Shown here: positions 37,852 to 53,128 of the stretch, piece after piece | Layout of the letters: each line of letters starts with the position of its first letter | Numbering within the stretch: position 1 is the first letter of the stretch | Assembly: GCA_951406725.2 (NCBI GenBank) | Contig: OX597818.1 | Coordinates: 63,612,001-63,676,000, forward strand | Source: Octopus vulgaris | Taxonomy: Eukaryota | Direction of reading: 5' to 3' | DNA: 64,000 nucleotides | Made by a program: the position numbers and the translations under genes | The notes under the pieces: generated by a model | What the model was told of the DNA's origin: nothing | The model's database searches: none | What the model saw: only the letters and a program-made list of their open reading frames with translations

Positions 37852-39866
37852 TTATACATTTATATATATATAAATGACTGATTTCTTGCCATTGGATCAT
37901 GTATATATATATATGTGTGTATATATATACTTGTGTGTGTGTGTGTGTGTTTTTGTGTATCTTTGTTTATTTGTCATTACCTTTTGACTAGCAGTGTTGC
38001 TATGTTTGCATCCCCGGCACTTGACTGAAGCGATTTAAACAAGTAAAAGATGAATGATAAACGATCAAAGAATAATATAGAGTTAACAGAAAATCTAAAA
38101 TATAGTAAATGTTTACAAGATCCAAATTCTGTCAAAAACTCTGTAATTAAACGGAGTATATTTTATATAAATAGTTTCATTTTAATAGAGCAAACGTTTT
38201 AAATTATAAATTTGCTACTTTGCCGTCAGCAAAAGACAAGGTTCGAACAAGTAATATTTATCAAGATTTAGAAGACAGGCAATTGACTTTTTTACATTTT
38301 TTGTGTGAAATCTAATCTACAATATCACTACAAGAGACTTTAATCTGAGTGTAATAAAAGGATGTACGAAAATGTTCCTCACAATTACAAAAGAGCTGTA
38401 AGCCAAGGTGGCTTTAAAATTTCGATTAATTAAATACATGATGCATAGAAAATTTGTTCTAAAGATAACTCTCAAGTGTTTACCTCTTTCACTAGTGCTT
38501 TCTCGTCAAGACTAAAGTAATGCAGGAGAAAATTATGTGAGGAATTAAAAGAAACCGTCTATCATGGGATCCACAGTAATAAAAGCTTATTGAATAGAGA
38601 ATTGTTGAGGAAGTCGAGCAGTAGTACACGAATATGAAAGTTATTTTATTCAAAGGATCCAGTATTTCAAACCCAAGTAAATGCAATTAGAATTCCACGA
38701 CCACATTTCCAATTGGCTGCATTTACTAAAGCATATGCAGCAGTACATGAGGTAGAACTCAACTGAAAAACTTCCTTCATTGTAAGTAAATACATTTCTG
38801 TATACACACGCACGCACTAACATACATACAGGCATAAGACTAATTCACAGACTGTCTTAAAGAGAGGAGTAATGCCACTGACGATGTTGCGAATAGCAAC
38901 GAAATGAATTTGATAAACAAACAATCGTTTAATAGTTTAAGAATCATACCAAGCAAGTTATCGATTAGTTTGTTGGTTAGTATTTAAAACTGTCCAGCAG
39001 TAAAGTTATATTCAACCAGTACTTGATATTATTAAATTTGTAATGACCCTCTCAATCAACAAACTATATATGAAATCGATTTCAAAATATATGAATTATT
39101 ATGGAATATTGGATTTAAAGGATTACCTTTGGAATACTTATTTGACAAGAATTAGAAATCAATCACTAAGATGACCGTATCGATCAAATTATTATTATTT
39201 CTATGCATAACAAGGAATAATTAGCGTGAAAAATTGTCAAATTTTCTTTCATATTAGGCATCGTTATTGGTCCTTAGTAACTGTGTCTGCTAAGAGGTAT
39301 TTTTTTCATATTTAAGATTAATAGATAAATATCAAACTTCGAGAGATGCTTGATTGAATGAAATCCAGAGAAGACAGACTCGTAAATATTTAAGAATGAT
39401 GTATGTCCTCGCAGACGTAAGTTAATCTTTAATAAATAGATTTTTTTATAATCAGTTAGTGAAGTATACAAAATTGATTCGGAAATAAATTTCGTAAATA
39501 TCGTTCTTATTAGTCTCCACATTAGCTTTCTACGTACTGAAGCAGAAATTTAATCGGAATTCTCGAATTAAGAAAGTCACTGATCTTATATTAACCTAGA
39601 TATTTGACTCAAATGAAGGGGAAGAAACTGAACGGAAAATACTAGATGAATAATTTAAATTATCTTTGCAAATTCATTGACGTCTGGAATAGTATCTTAT
39701 TTCATTGGTTTTAGATAAAATTATTTTCTCGGTAACTTATATATGTGTGAAATGAGAGAAAAGATATGGCTGATATATGCTAAAGTAATGTAGATATTAA
39801 TACAAAAAGCATACTTTCATATGCCTGCACAAAGCTGTCAGAGGTACGTAATATAATATCATATCA

Positions 39867-39954
<88 letters not shown>

Positions 39955-39970
39955 AACCTATCTATCTATC
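39867..39970. repeat. (ATCT)n microsatellite
   Basis: Direct reading. Confidence 0.97.
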
Positions 39971-39982
39971 TCTCTCTGTCTT

Positions 39983-40016
<34 letters not shown>

Positions 40017-40038
40017 AATATATATCTGTGTGAATATA

Positions 40039-40079
<41 letters not shown>

Positions 40080-40488
40080 GTATGTATGTATATAACGGTA
40101 CAAATCTCCCAGAAATGACTGCTTCTCTTGCTTTAGACCAGGCATACGTTAGCTGGAATCAATGTTCATGCCTCTTGCCCATCTATATTAGCCTCCACTA
40201 CTTTGTCTGTCGCGGATATATCGATGTCATTATGGAGAAACACGTAAATTCATACACCAGCAAATTGGCGAATTATTACGACATGACTATGTATATAGAA
40301 AAATAGAAAAAAAAAAAAGAAACACACACACTTAAACATAAATATATATATATGAAACTATAAAAAGGACATGCGCATATATAGAAATGAATATAAAGAT
40401 ATGGGACCGCGTATCCTCACGCATACAAATATATACGTTTCTTCTGAAATCACTATTCTATGAGGGTTTTTGGGAGGCGCATATATAC

Positions 40489-40546
<58 letters not shown>

Positions 40547-43500
40547 AGGAAGCATTCTTATCTTTTTCTATAATTATTTGCCACTATATTCATGATAATC
40601 ACTCAGACATGACATGAGTGTACGTCCATGTATGGTTGTTTATATGTGCATATGTGTAATAATCTATCATATATATATATATATATATATATCACATATG
40701 TGTTCATATATACATATATGTAATGTCTATACATGTATTGCATATATAATATATATATATTGATATACATTGCATATACATGTATATACATATATACACA
40801 TATATACATGCAAAAACATACGCATGTACATATATATAGAGAGAGATAAAGAGAGATAGGTAGATACATATATAGATGCAAACATATTATACCCATTCCA
40901 CAAGTTCTCCCAGTTCCTTAATTTTTTTTTACTTCACAAACTAGGAACGCTTTATGATAGATGAGAGAATGAATTCATAATTCTATATTTGTAATAAGTT
41001 TACGTTTACCAACACATATTTTTTTGTACAGCATACGTGATTTGTTAATTGATTGATTAGCATCTATGGTGCAATATGTTTCAATCAAAACAGATTCTAA
41101 AAACGTCATGAACTCACAGTACCACAAGATTATATTGTGGTTTTTTATAACGTCTGGGATTTTTAAAGAAGATACCATTATACTAGCTAAACTGTACTAT
41201 ATACTACTACCTAATCTATAGTACATCTTACTACCTAAACAGAGATGTTTCTAATGCATACTAAGCCACGTCAAGTGTGAAATAGAGTATATTTTACATA
41301 CCTTGTTTGTATAAAGTGGTTCAATATTCAGGTTGGAACTAAATGGCAAAACAAAATATCAATCAATGTCATTTACCGATGTACAACTACCTGCTAACTA
41401 TTAAAGCAATTAAGAGAAAGAGAGAGACAAACCCTTACATAGAACCCCAGTAAAAGCTTCACAATTAGACATATCTAACTCTCCTATTTTTAACTGCTTA
41501 CACTTTGCACTCACCTTATTTCCAAGATATTATATTATTGATCTAAGACACATTTATTATATCAGATATTGCATATGCCGTCCTCATGGCAAGTTCCATT
41601 ACTAACAGTATTTATTTGTAGGAAAATGATTTTATTAATTTGGCGAATTTCGATTGGAGACCATCGTATTCAAATAAGGATATAATCAGAGTTGTACATG
41701 CTGTGTAGAAGTTCTGATTTTCATATTGTGTTGGAGCATCTGTAATTACATTGCAGAAAATGTATTTCAAGTGTCTACGAGTCGAAGTCTTTTGAATTTC
41801 ATTTCTACATATATCCATCATTTCATTGCACAAGTGCGATTTGTTCAAAATGACATTGTATCCGTCACCATATTGGGGTCTTGCGATGGAAAATATGACA
41901 TCTCAAGATGTAAGGAAACCTTACTAATTTTGAGAGCACGAAATAATTTATACGTAGCATATTATACATGAATCTCATTCAGAATGTAATAGACATGAAA
42001 AGTGTAAAATTGAATCTTTACTCAAAATCACAATTTATATTTCTTCTATGCATACTATATGGAAAATGCTTAAATATGAATGTAATGTGTTGAATGAGTA
42101 GATTGATCAGGTGTTCTTCAATGTCTGTGCTCTAAGATATAACAGATAAAATGGTATAGCGTATAAAAATACATGCATGTGATAGTGTAATATAATATCA
42201 TTTACGTAATTTGCAACCCTGTAATACATATTATGTTGCATATATATAATGTGTAATTACATTTGATACATTGATAGATTCGGTCGAAATTAAATCATAT
42301 ATTTTCTATATAAAATAGATATGTTGCTGAAATTTGTTGATACGCTTCCCAACTTATATGAATTACATTGTTGATTTTCCTCTGATGTTAATATTTTAAG
42401 CAATTGCTACGATTTTTTTCGCTTGTTCTATATTTGAAGTATTTTATAAACTTAAATAATGGTTATACATTTCGTTTTTGGATTTGGATTACAAGATTCT
42501 TTATATGAGTTCGTGTGTTGAAGCATAATAAGGCACAAAAAGAAAATGATTCTCCCCAGACACAACAGAATGGTTATACAATTTAGCGAAATTATGCCCC
42601 ACAGCACGGTAAAAAAGATATTTAGCCTATTCAAAGCATGCATGTTATATACAAACACTTACAGCAATTTACGTAAATAGATATATATTTTTATCTTATT
42701 CAAACACACACGTATATCTATACATACGTACAGATTGCACTTATGTACGAACATACATACATGCATACACAAACATAGGCAAACATTGGCACCCGTACAC
42801 ACATACGCATCTATATATAAGGCGAGAGAGGCGACAAAGACAGAGACAGAAACAGAAAAAGCGTTTCACATTTCACTTCATTTTAATATATCACCTGAAG
42901 ATCTACTGATCATATGATATCGATACTGTTGACTATTTTCAAATTAGGTTTGTTCTTCTTTGCATGATTTTTAAGTCGAAGATTACTCAGTTGATTAGAT
43001 TTGCTAGAAAAATACAACCGAATACGTTTAATGAGGTAGAATTGCTGTGTTGCTTGTTGCTTCTTTTGACATTGATGTAGTAATTTGTCTCATCCACTCC
43101 TCTCTACCGCATATTATTACTCGTCATTATCGATTTCATCCTCAACGCTGAATGAAATAACTAAATCCAATTTCACAACGATTACTAACAAAAAAACAAA
43201 ATATTGTTTTAATGCATCATTTCAATTCTATTTGTAAACTTGTAAATGCAATGAAATTTTAATACCAATCACGGAGACCGTGTAAAACAGTAATGTGTAT
43301 GCTATCAATTAAGAATGTCATGTTATAAAGTCTGTTTCATAAACTGTATTATAAATGAAATTTTATGTTATAGTGTGAAAATGATATCCATCGATTTTAA
43401 AATCCATGAAGGAATTCAAATCATGATTTTAAAAAATAAACACAAATAAATCAATGTCGTTTATAGAAATATTCCCTGTATTAATTATTATTGTTACCTG

Positions 43501-45552
43501 AGATTTGATTTAAAGCTTTATTGATATCCTTATTCTGAGCGTTTTGACAATACACGGTCTTTAATATGTTTGCGCAAAATGTTTGGTTTAATAATTAAAA
43601 ACCTATTTACATTGAATTGATGTCGGTCCCCTATAAAATCATACCTCGATTAGTTTGTGCTGGTATATCCTTACTGGCTGGAGTGCTACCCATTTAAGAT
43701 GGCTATATATGAGTAGATCGAGTGGCCTCAATATATGTGTGGTTTCATCTTGTCCGGGGAACCTATCCTGCAATTTACAGTAGAAAACAAAATGGAACAA
43801 ACGCGTATATCAATCGGTTCGCCCAACGTAGTTACAATTTAGATATAACACTGCTCTGGAGTGTTTGTGTATAGTTCGGCCCCTACTCGGAGCTGATACA
43901 TAAAGGATATGTATGGTTGATTTAAGATAACTTCACTTTCTATCTAGGACCCAGTAGAAATGTTTTAAACATTTCTATTGTACGATTTATGCATTTAACA
44001 TGAATTTTTCTAGTCTACGGGGAAAAGGCATTTTTTATTATAAACACTGGTATATTAATAAGGTAATATAATATCTGCAAATGCTCGACTAAATGAAAGC
44101 TAATAAATTGTACTTATCCGTTTTAACTGCTAAAAATACATCGGCTGTCATGTCGAATGCAGATTGTGTTTTAAGTTATCGATTTTTATTGGAACATGCC
44201 CGTCCCTCCTTATATTCAAAACTCATTTTAAGTGATTATTGTTGATATAACTTACAAATTTATTTAGAAATAGAACATAATAGATTAAAACAAAATTCAT
44301 TGCAGATGGATACTGAGATCCTTCAGCCGTAAGAAAAATTATATCATGATACTGTTAAGTAAGACGTTTATTGTTATTCGTCTGGATTTGTGTTTCGATC
44401 TGTGATCACCGACGCCCGTCAAATTGGTGGCGGGATTTGAAGGAATTTAGAACCACTCCACAGATGAGATTGATTCGGTGCAACAGATAACTTTCTGGTA
44501 GAAGATTAAAGAACTGATGCTCCATTCTCAAGAGAGAAAGTAAGAAATATATGCAGTGATATACAAATCGAAGTTTCTGGAGGTCTAGCTCCCATCTTTA
44601 GAAATGATAGCTATAGCAAGAGCTGAAGTGGACGGTACTTCACAGTACCAAAGATCCCGACCACTCAATCTAGAATATGAACACATAACACTGAAGTTTA
44701 AATAATGAAAAGCATTATTGAGGACAAATATTTCATTGAGAAATCATCAACAGTGACAACTACTTGGTAGTGAACGATTTATTCACGCCGATAAACTAGT
44801 CACAATCCGCGACATTGTTGCACAAACGGTATGTAGAAATATTACGTGATAGAAGAAGTAATGATATTCTTAACATATGAAAAATGTACAAAATTTGTTC
44901 CATCACATTCGACGTTCTATTTCTAATGATGAAATGAGAAGCCATTTTGCTCTGCAAGAATTTTTGGGAGACAATGAAAATATTTTCTTCTCATCTGTCA
45001 ACAGAAGATTAAATTTCATCCCGTGGAATGGTATCACTATTCTTAACGGTGTCTCAACACCTAGGAATTTCATAAAATTTTACAAGCATGGGAATAGAAA
45101 GAAATTAGAGATAGTGGCAATAGCCTGAGATGTGAATTATAAACGGCGGTACACAGAAAGCCTAGAGAAGTCATTAGTAAGAATTGAGCGAAAAAATCGA
45201 CATTCATAAGAACCAAACGCATATTTGGAAATTATGAAAACATTTTAAAAATTCATTTTTATCTACAGTCACCAATTCACCGTGTAGCTGAGATTTGACG
45301 GGTTCCGACTACGATATCTACGGTCTACAGGATCAAACATGTTTGGCACAAATGGTTGATGACGGAAAATTAACGGAAATGGATGTAAAAGAACAAAAGA
45401 AAACAGTAAAAGAGTGCATACCTAGAAAGTGTGATATAAGAGAATGTATGTTTGTACGTACGTACGTATCTATATGTGTTTATGTGAGTATCTCTCTCAG
45501 TTTCTCTCTCTCTCTCTCATTCCATATATATATATATATACATATATCACCG

Positions 45553-45850
45553 TGCTATCAGGCTATCAGATGTTGCTACACATCGTTGGTCACAATGCGC
45601 TTCGCATTGTTTTAGCCTTCAAATGACACCACCCCGCCGGCTAAGCGAGCAGGCCAACAGAAGAAAGAGTGAGAGAATGTTGCGACGAAAGAGTACAGCA
45701 GGGATCGCCCCCACCCCTACCGGAGCCTCGTGGAGCTTTAGGTGTTTTCGCTCAATAAACACTCACAACGCCCGGTCTGGGAATCGAAACTGCGAATCTA
45801 CAACCGCGTGTCTGCTGCCCTGACCACTGGGACATTGCACCGTCCACGCA
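45553..45850 (-). mobile_element. tRNA-headed SINE
   Basis: Minus: TGTCCCAGTGGTCAGGGCAG (A-box-like) ... GTTTCGATTCCCAGACCGGGCG (B box); tail shared with 31283-31600. Confidence 0.8.
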
Positions 45851-45881
45851 CGTATAAACACACACACACACACACACAAAC

Positions 45882-45948
<67 letters not shown>

Positions 45949-46552
45949 TTCATACATTTGTGTATGTGTGTATAATTTTATGCGCGGTCGTATGTCTCCG
46001 CACATGGATAACGATTTGTCAATTCTATACTACGACTACATTATTAAAAAAATTGAACGCCTGATTTTTACACTAATTCGCTCCCGTTCAAATATGTTGC
46101 ACTCTGTTGTACATTATATCTTCAGCTGCAATGAATGATTAAATATATTTACTTGCCAACAATTTGAGAATTAATATCCCACCATTTACATTTACATGCT
46201 TTTCTACCAGTGCACCAGAATATTGGAATTATTTAATAAGGCGGCGCCAGATTTGCGTTCGTTGAATACATGTACTTGCATATCGATATTTAATTGATAT
46301 TAATTTACAAACGCTGCTATTACAGAATTTTTTCTAGATTTTTCTAACTGCGCAATCGAGAGAGCTTCAACAGCGATACAAATTATGCTAAAAATAGAGA
46401 AAGAGTCATCGGAACAAAACAATATTTTCAAAATGTGTAAAACATAGCAAAAAAGATCCGTGACTATAAAAATAAACAAACAAACAATGATGATGACGAT
46501 GGTGACGATGATGTCTATGTTGATGATGATATTATTTCTTCTTCTTCATCTT

Positions 46553-46653
<101 letters not shown>

Positions 46654-46710
46654 GTTTGTGGATAGGTTTCGGAGCTCTGAATTTTCCTTCTTACATCTTA
46701 AAAGTCCCCC

Positions 46711-46772
<62 letters not shown>

Positions 46773-46797
46773 GTTATTGTTATTATTATTATTAATA

Positions 46798-46862
<65 letters not shown>

Positions 46863-46885
46863 CATCATTATTATTATTATTATTA

Positions 46886-47213
46886 TTCTATGTTTGACTT
46901 TTGCTTTATATTTGTACTAGCTGGCTCCAAGTCTCACCTAGAGGCCCCAAGAGACAACAGGTTGGAAGTTCATGTTGTTGTAATACCTAGTGTGCCATAT
47001 ATTTCTTTTTGTGTTGTACTAGTGAGTGTCTTACAAAAAAACGAAAATTATGTTTGTTTTAAACCTTGAGATTACATAGAAATTATTTTGCGTAGGATAT
47101 GAGCAGTTCCCATGAGCACTATCTTTTGAATTTCTGCCATTTTGGGGTTTCCTGGTATCTGAGTTAGGGAGCAATCAGTCCCTTTTGCTATCATTCCTAG
47201 GGCACCTATGACA
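46886..47213 (-). mobile_element. R4/Dong-clade 3' fragment with long (TAA)n tail
   Basis: Minus frame VIGALGMIAKGTDCSLTQIPGNPKMAEIQKIVLMGTAHILRKIISM* (stop 47072-47074), then a 3' UTR and (TAA)n at 46712-46886. The 5' junction abuts (TTC)n. Confidence 0.88.
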
Positions 47214-47595
47214 AGAAGAAGAAGAAGGAGAAGAAGAAGAAGAAGAGAAAGAAGAAGAAAGAGAAGAAGAAGCAGAAGAAGCAGAAGAAGAAGAAGAAGA
47301 AGAAGAAGAAGAAGAAGAAGAAGAAGAAGAAGAAGAAGAAGAAGAAGAAGAAGAAGAAGAAGAAGAAGAAGAAATATAGAATGATGGCCAAACTTGTGTT
47401 TATATACAATGGTTTCACAGATTACAGTGAATTACATCTATATTTAAAGGAGATAAAGTAAGTTAATATCTTTCTGAAAAGAGAGAGAATTAATTGGGAA
47501 TGCAACGAAGTTAATTCTATCTCACTCAATATAAACTACATAAAACATGAATAGGAAAATGACGTTATATGAAAGGAAGCTAAAACATTTTGGTT

Positions 47596-47860
47596 CAGGC
47601 GTGGGCAAGTGGTAAGAAGCTTACTTTCCTACTACATGGCTCTGGGTCCAGTTCCATAGCGTGGAACTTTTGGACAGTGTCTTATACAATAGCCATATGC
47701 AGATCAATGCCTTGTGAGTTGATTTGGTAGACGGGAACTGAAAGTGGCCTTTGGTGAGTGTGTGTGTGTGTGTATTTGTGTCTGCGTTTGTCTCCAAACA
47801 CGACTTGGCAACCGGTGTTTGGGTGTGTATGTCTCCCTAACCTAGCGATTTGCAGAACGC
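47596..47860 (+). mobile_element. decayed SINE family A
   Basis: gtggtaagaagcttac...ccttgtgagttgatttggtagacgggaactgaaag. Confidence 0.75.
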
Positions 47861-47880
47861 TCTGATTGTACTGAGTTTAT

Positions 47881-47976
<96 letters not shown>

Positions 47977-47984
47977 GTAGTAGT

Positions 47985-48569
47985 AACAGAAAAGAGGAAT
48001 TTCGGCTGTCCCCCACGTGGTGGATTGTAATGTATATAAGAAAAATAAAAGCGGAACATACGCACACTTACATGGTTATAGTATAATTTTTAATGTATCG
48101 ACCGGTTTTGCAATCGCTATTCATGATACGATGTTTAATTTATATGAAAATATAGTTTTTCTTAAAAAGAAAATGGGTCTATGCTGTTTATAATGAGATT
48201 CACGAGTGAATGATTCTACAAGTTGATAAGTAAAGGGAGGTAATTGGCTGTTATTATTGTTATTGTTGCCTGTAAGGGAGGTAACTGTTTAGGTATTGGG
48301 TGGGGGAAAATATGTGTACAGAAAGGAGACAAGTTTAAAAAAAAGGGGGCCTTGTTTAGTAGGGGATTTATGTACAGTGATGTAATATGTAAAAATATAT
48401 AAAAATTGGTTATGCGTGCTTATTAAGACGCGTTTTGTATTTTTCAATGAAAAAAGTTTCTTTATTTAAGCGTTCTAGTTGAGAGATTGTGTCTTTGCAC
48501 TGGTAGAAAGGGAAAACTGGGAAATTTGGTTTGATGTTACCTGCACATTTTTCTATGTGTTCACTAAGA

Positions 48570-48571
<2 letters not shown>
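47985..48571 (-). mobile_element. Penelope-like element 3' end: C-terminus of the GIY-YIG-type ORF plus pLTR with decayed hammerhead
   Basis: Minus 48571-48410 reads PLSEHIEKCAGNIKPNFPVFPFYQCKDTISQLERLNKETFFIEKYKTRLNKHA*, fitting the H...R...E..FI......LN pattern. Hammerhead remnant at 48095-48129; truncated at (TA)n. Confidence 0.8.
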
Positions 48572-48627
<56 letters not shown>

Positions 48628-49023
48628 TGTACTGTGTAATGTTTTTGTTCTATAGCGATGTGTGTAGATAATTGCATATTATTGCTGGTGTTAAATATGC
48701 TAACGGTTGCATTCAAACGAACCCTATCAACCGTAATTAATTTAAACGCAATTTAGGGAGCAGTATTCATGTTACGATGGATGATTCGTTTGTTTGCTCA
48801 AACATTTCCAATGTACAATGTGATGAAATTTAGTCCTTGTGTCATGAAAGGGTGCATTAGGAATCATGGATCTAAGGAGATATTTTGATACTATGATTAA
48901 TTCTAATCCTAATTTATATGTTATGTCTATTTCGCGTGCAACTTTAGTATCAAATGGGATGAATGCGCGACACCAAACCACGATGGCGATCGAGTAGGTT
49001 ATCTAGATTTGAGGTCGAAATGG

Positions 49024-49110
49024 TAATGAAGACTGGAGAGTATATCAGCCGAAACGATGAGGACAAATATCCGCCAAATGTAAGTCCTCATCTCTTAAAT
49101 ATTGAACTGT
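49024..49110 (+). mobile_element. deleted H1-family tail fragment
   Basis: aatgaagactggagagtatatcagccgaaacg...gaggacaaatatccg...cctcatctcttaaatattgaactgt. Confidence 0.7.
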
Positions 49111-49998
49111 TTAAAGTATTATCAACGTTATATTCCTTTGTAGTATAGAAACAATGCCTGTAATTATTGTGGAAGGTAGATAGTCAATTGCTAGGACATA
49201 AAGAAGCAAACACTACTTACTGCATTGTAAATTCCGTCTCAGCACACTTTCAAATAACAACGCAAAAACGGATGAATTGCCGCTAAACATTTCGCCAGGT
49301 AAACTGATGATTATGCTAGCTCGCCGCCATATTTATCAGCATTAAACTCTATTATATCTACGGATAATTACACACAAATGCACAACATAGATACAGCTTA
49401 TGGGGATATAATTTGAGATTCACAAAACAAATAAATATATTAACTAAAAATGTATGTATTGCAGCGAAGCTTCGCCGAGTATAACGAGAAACATTAAAAT
49501 TTGAAGTACATGCAGTTTTTAATTATATAATGTCTACACTTCACTTGGATTAAGGATTCATTTCAAAATCAATAGAATAACAGCTGTTGTATCGATTTTA
49601 ACTGCGGGGATTCATATGAATCTCATAAAAGATTAAGAGATATTGCAATGAATAAATGATGTTTGTTATGCATTTCAATAAAATTTTCAATGCCACTTCA
49701 TACAAAACATCATCAAAACTAAAATGCAAACTTAGGGCGCTTTCAACTGTGAGGTATAGAATGCTGGGGCGAGCATTTGTTATTTCTTTCTATTATTTTG
49801 TAATATATTTTCGTGAAGACACGTGTTCACTTAGATATGATGTTGGGTTCACTGTCAGAAAGACATCGATTTCGTTCCTGTCATGGTGGCGCGGTATATC
49901 CTAGAGAAAGGCGTATTATCTCATGATACTCTCCGCTGAAAATGATGATTTAAATAGGCTTCCATTGAGTTGTCATGTCATGTTTGTCTGTGTGTTTT

Positions 49999-50176
<178 letters not shown>

Positions 50177-50638
50177 TGTCATTACATAATACAACACCAT
50201 CATCTGGAACATAACTGACAACTCCCAATGGATTTCATTGGAAATGGCTGTTGATTATAAGCTGCGTAAAATCTTAAAAAGAAAAATAACAATAAATATA
50301 GATAACTATCTCACCACCCCTCTGTGTTCAACCTCACCATTATCCTCTTCTACTCTCTAAATTATAATAGGCTTAATAAGATATGCAATATTTTCTAAAT
50401 TCATTCTGTCACAAATATAACATAAAGAAACACTGTATTTATTTTGGTTCCTGGTACTGATATAAAGTTTCTAAGAATGGTGTATCTTCCATGTTGGAAA
50501 TCTATATGGACAACTACTCTGTCTTTTTCTTTTTTTAAAGTGATGCAATATGTTCATTGATCGATTAAATGGAGCCGCTTATAACGCCTTTAATGCTAAT
50601 GCACGGACACACGGAAATCTTTGTAACTTGTTTGGCTT

Positions 50639-50687
<49 letters not shown>

Positions 50688-51354
50688 CACACACACACGT
50701 ATGTATCTATGACATGCTTTTTGTCAGTTTTTGTCGACCAAACCACTCACACAACCCGGGTCACCTTGAGGTCGTACTGGAAGGTATTAGTCCGTGGCTC
50801 CACGCATTCGGATTAAACATGTTCTTTTGTGACTGGAAGCAAACGACTTACTTCTTAGTCACGCATACGCCAATAATATATATATGTGTATATATATGTA
50901 TATCAAACTAAAGTCATTGAACAAGCAAATACAAAGTCAACATAATTCGAACATTTAATTATAGAATAAACATATAACCCGCAAGATGGAACAAAATTCA
51001 TCTGTACAGCACGTAATAATAATAATAATATATGGTATGGTGCGAGAAAAATTCTTATCATTAAAAATTTAGAATTAATATTTTAGCGATTCAAAGAGAA
51101 TACATTTATAAAAGACGTAGAAAGTAAAATATAATATAAGTAATATATAAAAATATATAGGTATATAAAAATATAGGCATATAAAAATATATAAATATAT
51201 ATAAAACATATATAAATATATATACATATAGGAGCATATAAAAAAATATAATATATATATATATATATATCGTGTAAATAAAGTAAAATAATGTTCATCG
51301 TTTAGAAATCCTAATCAGGTAAAATAAGCCATATATATAAGAAGGAAATGTTTA

Positions 51355-51439
51355 CTTATCCCTATGGCCATTTCAGGGGTGTATTATGTTTAAAGCACTA
51401 GGGTGCATTCAGATAATACCTCCTTCGTCAGGGGAAAAA
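51355..51439 (-). ncRNA. type I hammerhead ribozyme, intact core (family H6)
   Basis: Minus: UUUUUCCC-CUGACGA (51431-51425), 50-nt stem II (AGG.G GUAUUAU/AUAAUAC..CCU, apex GCAC/GUGC), GAAA (51374-51371), UGGCCA-UA-GGGAUAAG. Palindromic AUGGCCAU; AUA site. Confidence 0.85.
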
Positions 51440-51531
51440 ATATATATAAACGCAAAGATAGCCATCACGCACCAGGCCCGTACGGTGTATATATACACAC
51501 ATATATGTATATGTGTGTATATATATATATG

Positions 51532-51609
<78 letters not shown>

Positions 51610-51665
51610 ATTATAAGAAGGACTTGGCTTCCACCTCACCACGCACTAAAAATTAGATGTTAAAA

Positions 51666-51980
51666 CAAAAGACACCATTATCACTATAAATTCTCCGTGA
51701 AAAACACAACATAATAGGCTAGGAGAAGAAAGAAAATGAATTGAGACTTTGGATAACCGTGTATATGATCGTGTCTCGGGCTTAAAATAATGAAATCTTT
51801 ACCTTTTTGCCTTCATCAGTATGGGTTTACCGACGCTTATGCAGGCAAAAAAGGTAATGATTTTTAAGCCCGAAACACGATCATATACACGGTTACCAGA
51901 GACTTAATGAATTTTCTTTCTTCTCCTAGCCTATTATGTGTTTTTCTCGGATAATTTATAGTGGTAATATTGTCCTTTGA
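51666..51980. repeat. imperfect ~150-bp inverted repeat with hammerhead-like cores facing outward from the centre
   Basis: Arms 51666-51819 / 51837-51980. Minus arm CTGATGA-AGGC...GCCC-GAGAC; plus arm CTTATGC-AGGC...GCCC-GAAAC. Confidence 0.8.
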
Positions 51981-53021
51981 AGTCAGTGTTCCAGGTATGA
52001 AAGGTTGCGCATTGCAGCACGCTGTAAAAACTATTAAGGATGTTTCACTAGAATCATTTTTTGGTAGCTATTTGCAGGTGCTTTATTTGGAATTTGTTCG
52101 GGATATTCGTCGATGACCCTTTATAATCTTAAGAGATATATTTCTTCATGTATGTGTCTTGGCACGATGTAAGATAGATGAGGGTCAGTTGAGGCGAAAT
52201 AATTCTATCTTTCTTGTAATTCTCTGTCGGACTGTAATCACACCCACTCAGGTATAGCAGTATATTTCGCGAGAAAAGTATGACCACACATTCTTTCCTT
52301 ATACTGAAACACACTGACAGTATTGGAAATGACTACTACATACCACTCGTCACGTGGGAGGGGTGTACCATTATTACTATTATCATCATAGCAGTCGTAG
52401 AATTATATCGTGACTCGATATATTTTTTCTAGTGAACAGAAAGATACAAATGATTTTACGCTCACGCGACGTTGTAGACAAAAACGTGTGAGCTTCTGGA
52501 GACGATCTCAATAATCAAAACCTGTAATACAGTCTATGTTCTTTGAGATTAATCTCTAGGTGCTTTAGTGATTTATAATATTTCGTTTAATATAGGGAGG
52601 CCACATATGGTATACTAAAATTTCTATACACCTGAGTCTCCTCAATTACGTTTCTCTATACGAGAATTATAATAATGTTCCTCATTATATAATTTTCTAG
52701 TGTAATTAGCGCATGAAACACAAACACACATACACATATATCCTGGATGCGATTCATTATGAGCCTTGAACATTAAAAAAAAAATTAGATACTATTCCCC
52801 AAAAAGCAACACCAGCAGATCACACACACAATGCATTCTGTCCTTTGGGATTAATCTGAAGCGCATTGACGGATTTCACTCCCACTTGACATTCGACACT
52901 CTCAACAGAGGACTTCTACATAAGAATATTGAGTGAGATTTATAGATAGACTTGGGAAATGAAGATTTGAATGAATTTTGGTCAATAATATTTGCATTAT
53001 GGCTAGCTGAATATAACATCA

Positions 53022-53022
53022 C

Positions 53023-53112
<90 letters not shown>

Positions 53113-53128
53113 TATCATCATCATCATC
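53022..53128. repeat. (CAT)n microsatellite
   Basis: Direct reading. Confidence 0.97.

Noticed and set aside
38520-38767. Protein-like short frames (e.g. KDPVFQTQVNAIRIPRPHFQLAAF)
   Set aside because: Fragmented by stops; no family recognised.
50215-50250. CTGACAA...CAATG/CATTG-GAAA
   Set aside because: Core mismatch, extra bases before stem II and no valid stem III or cleavage site.
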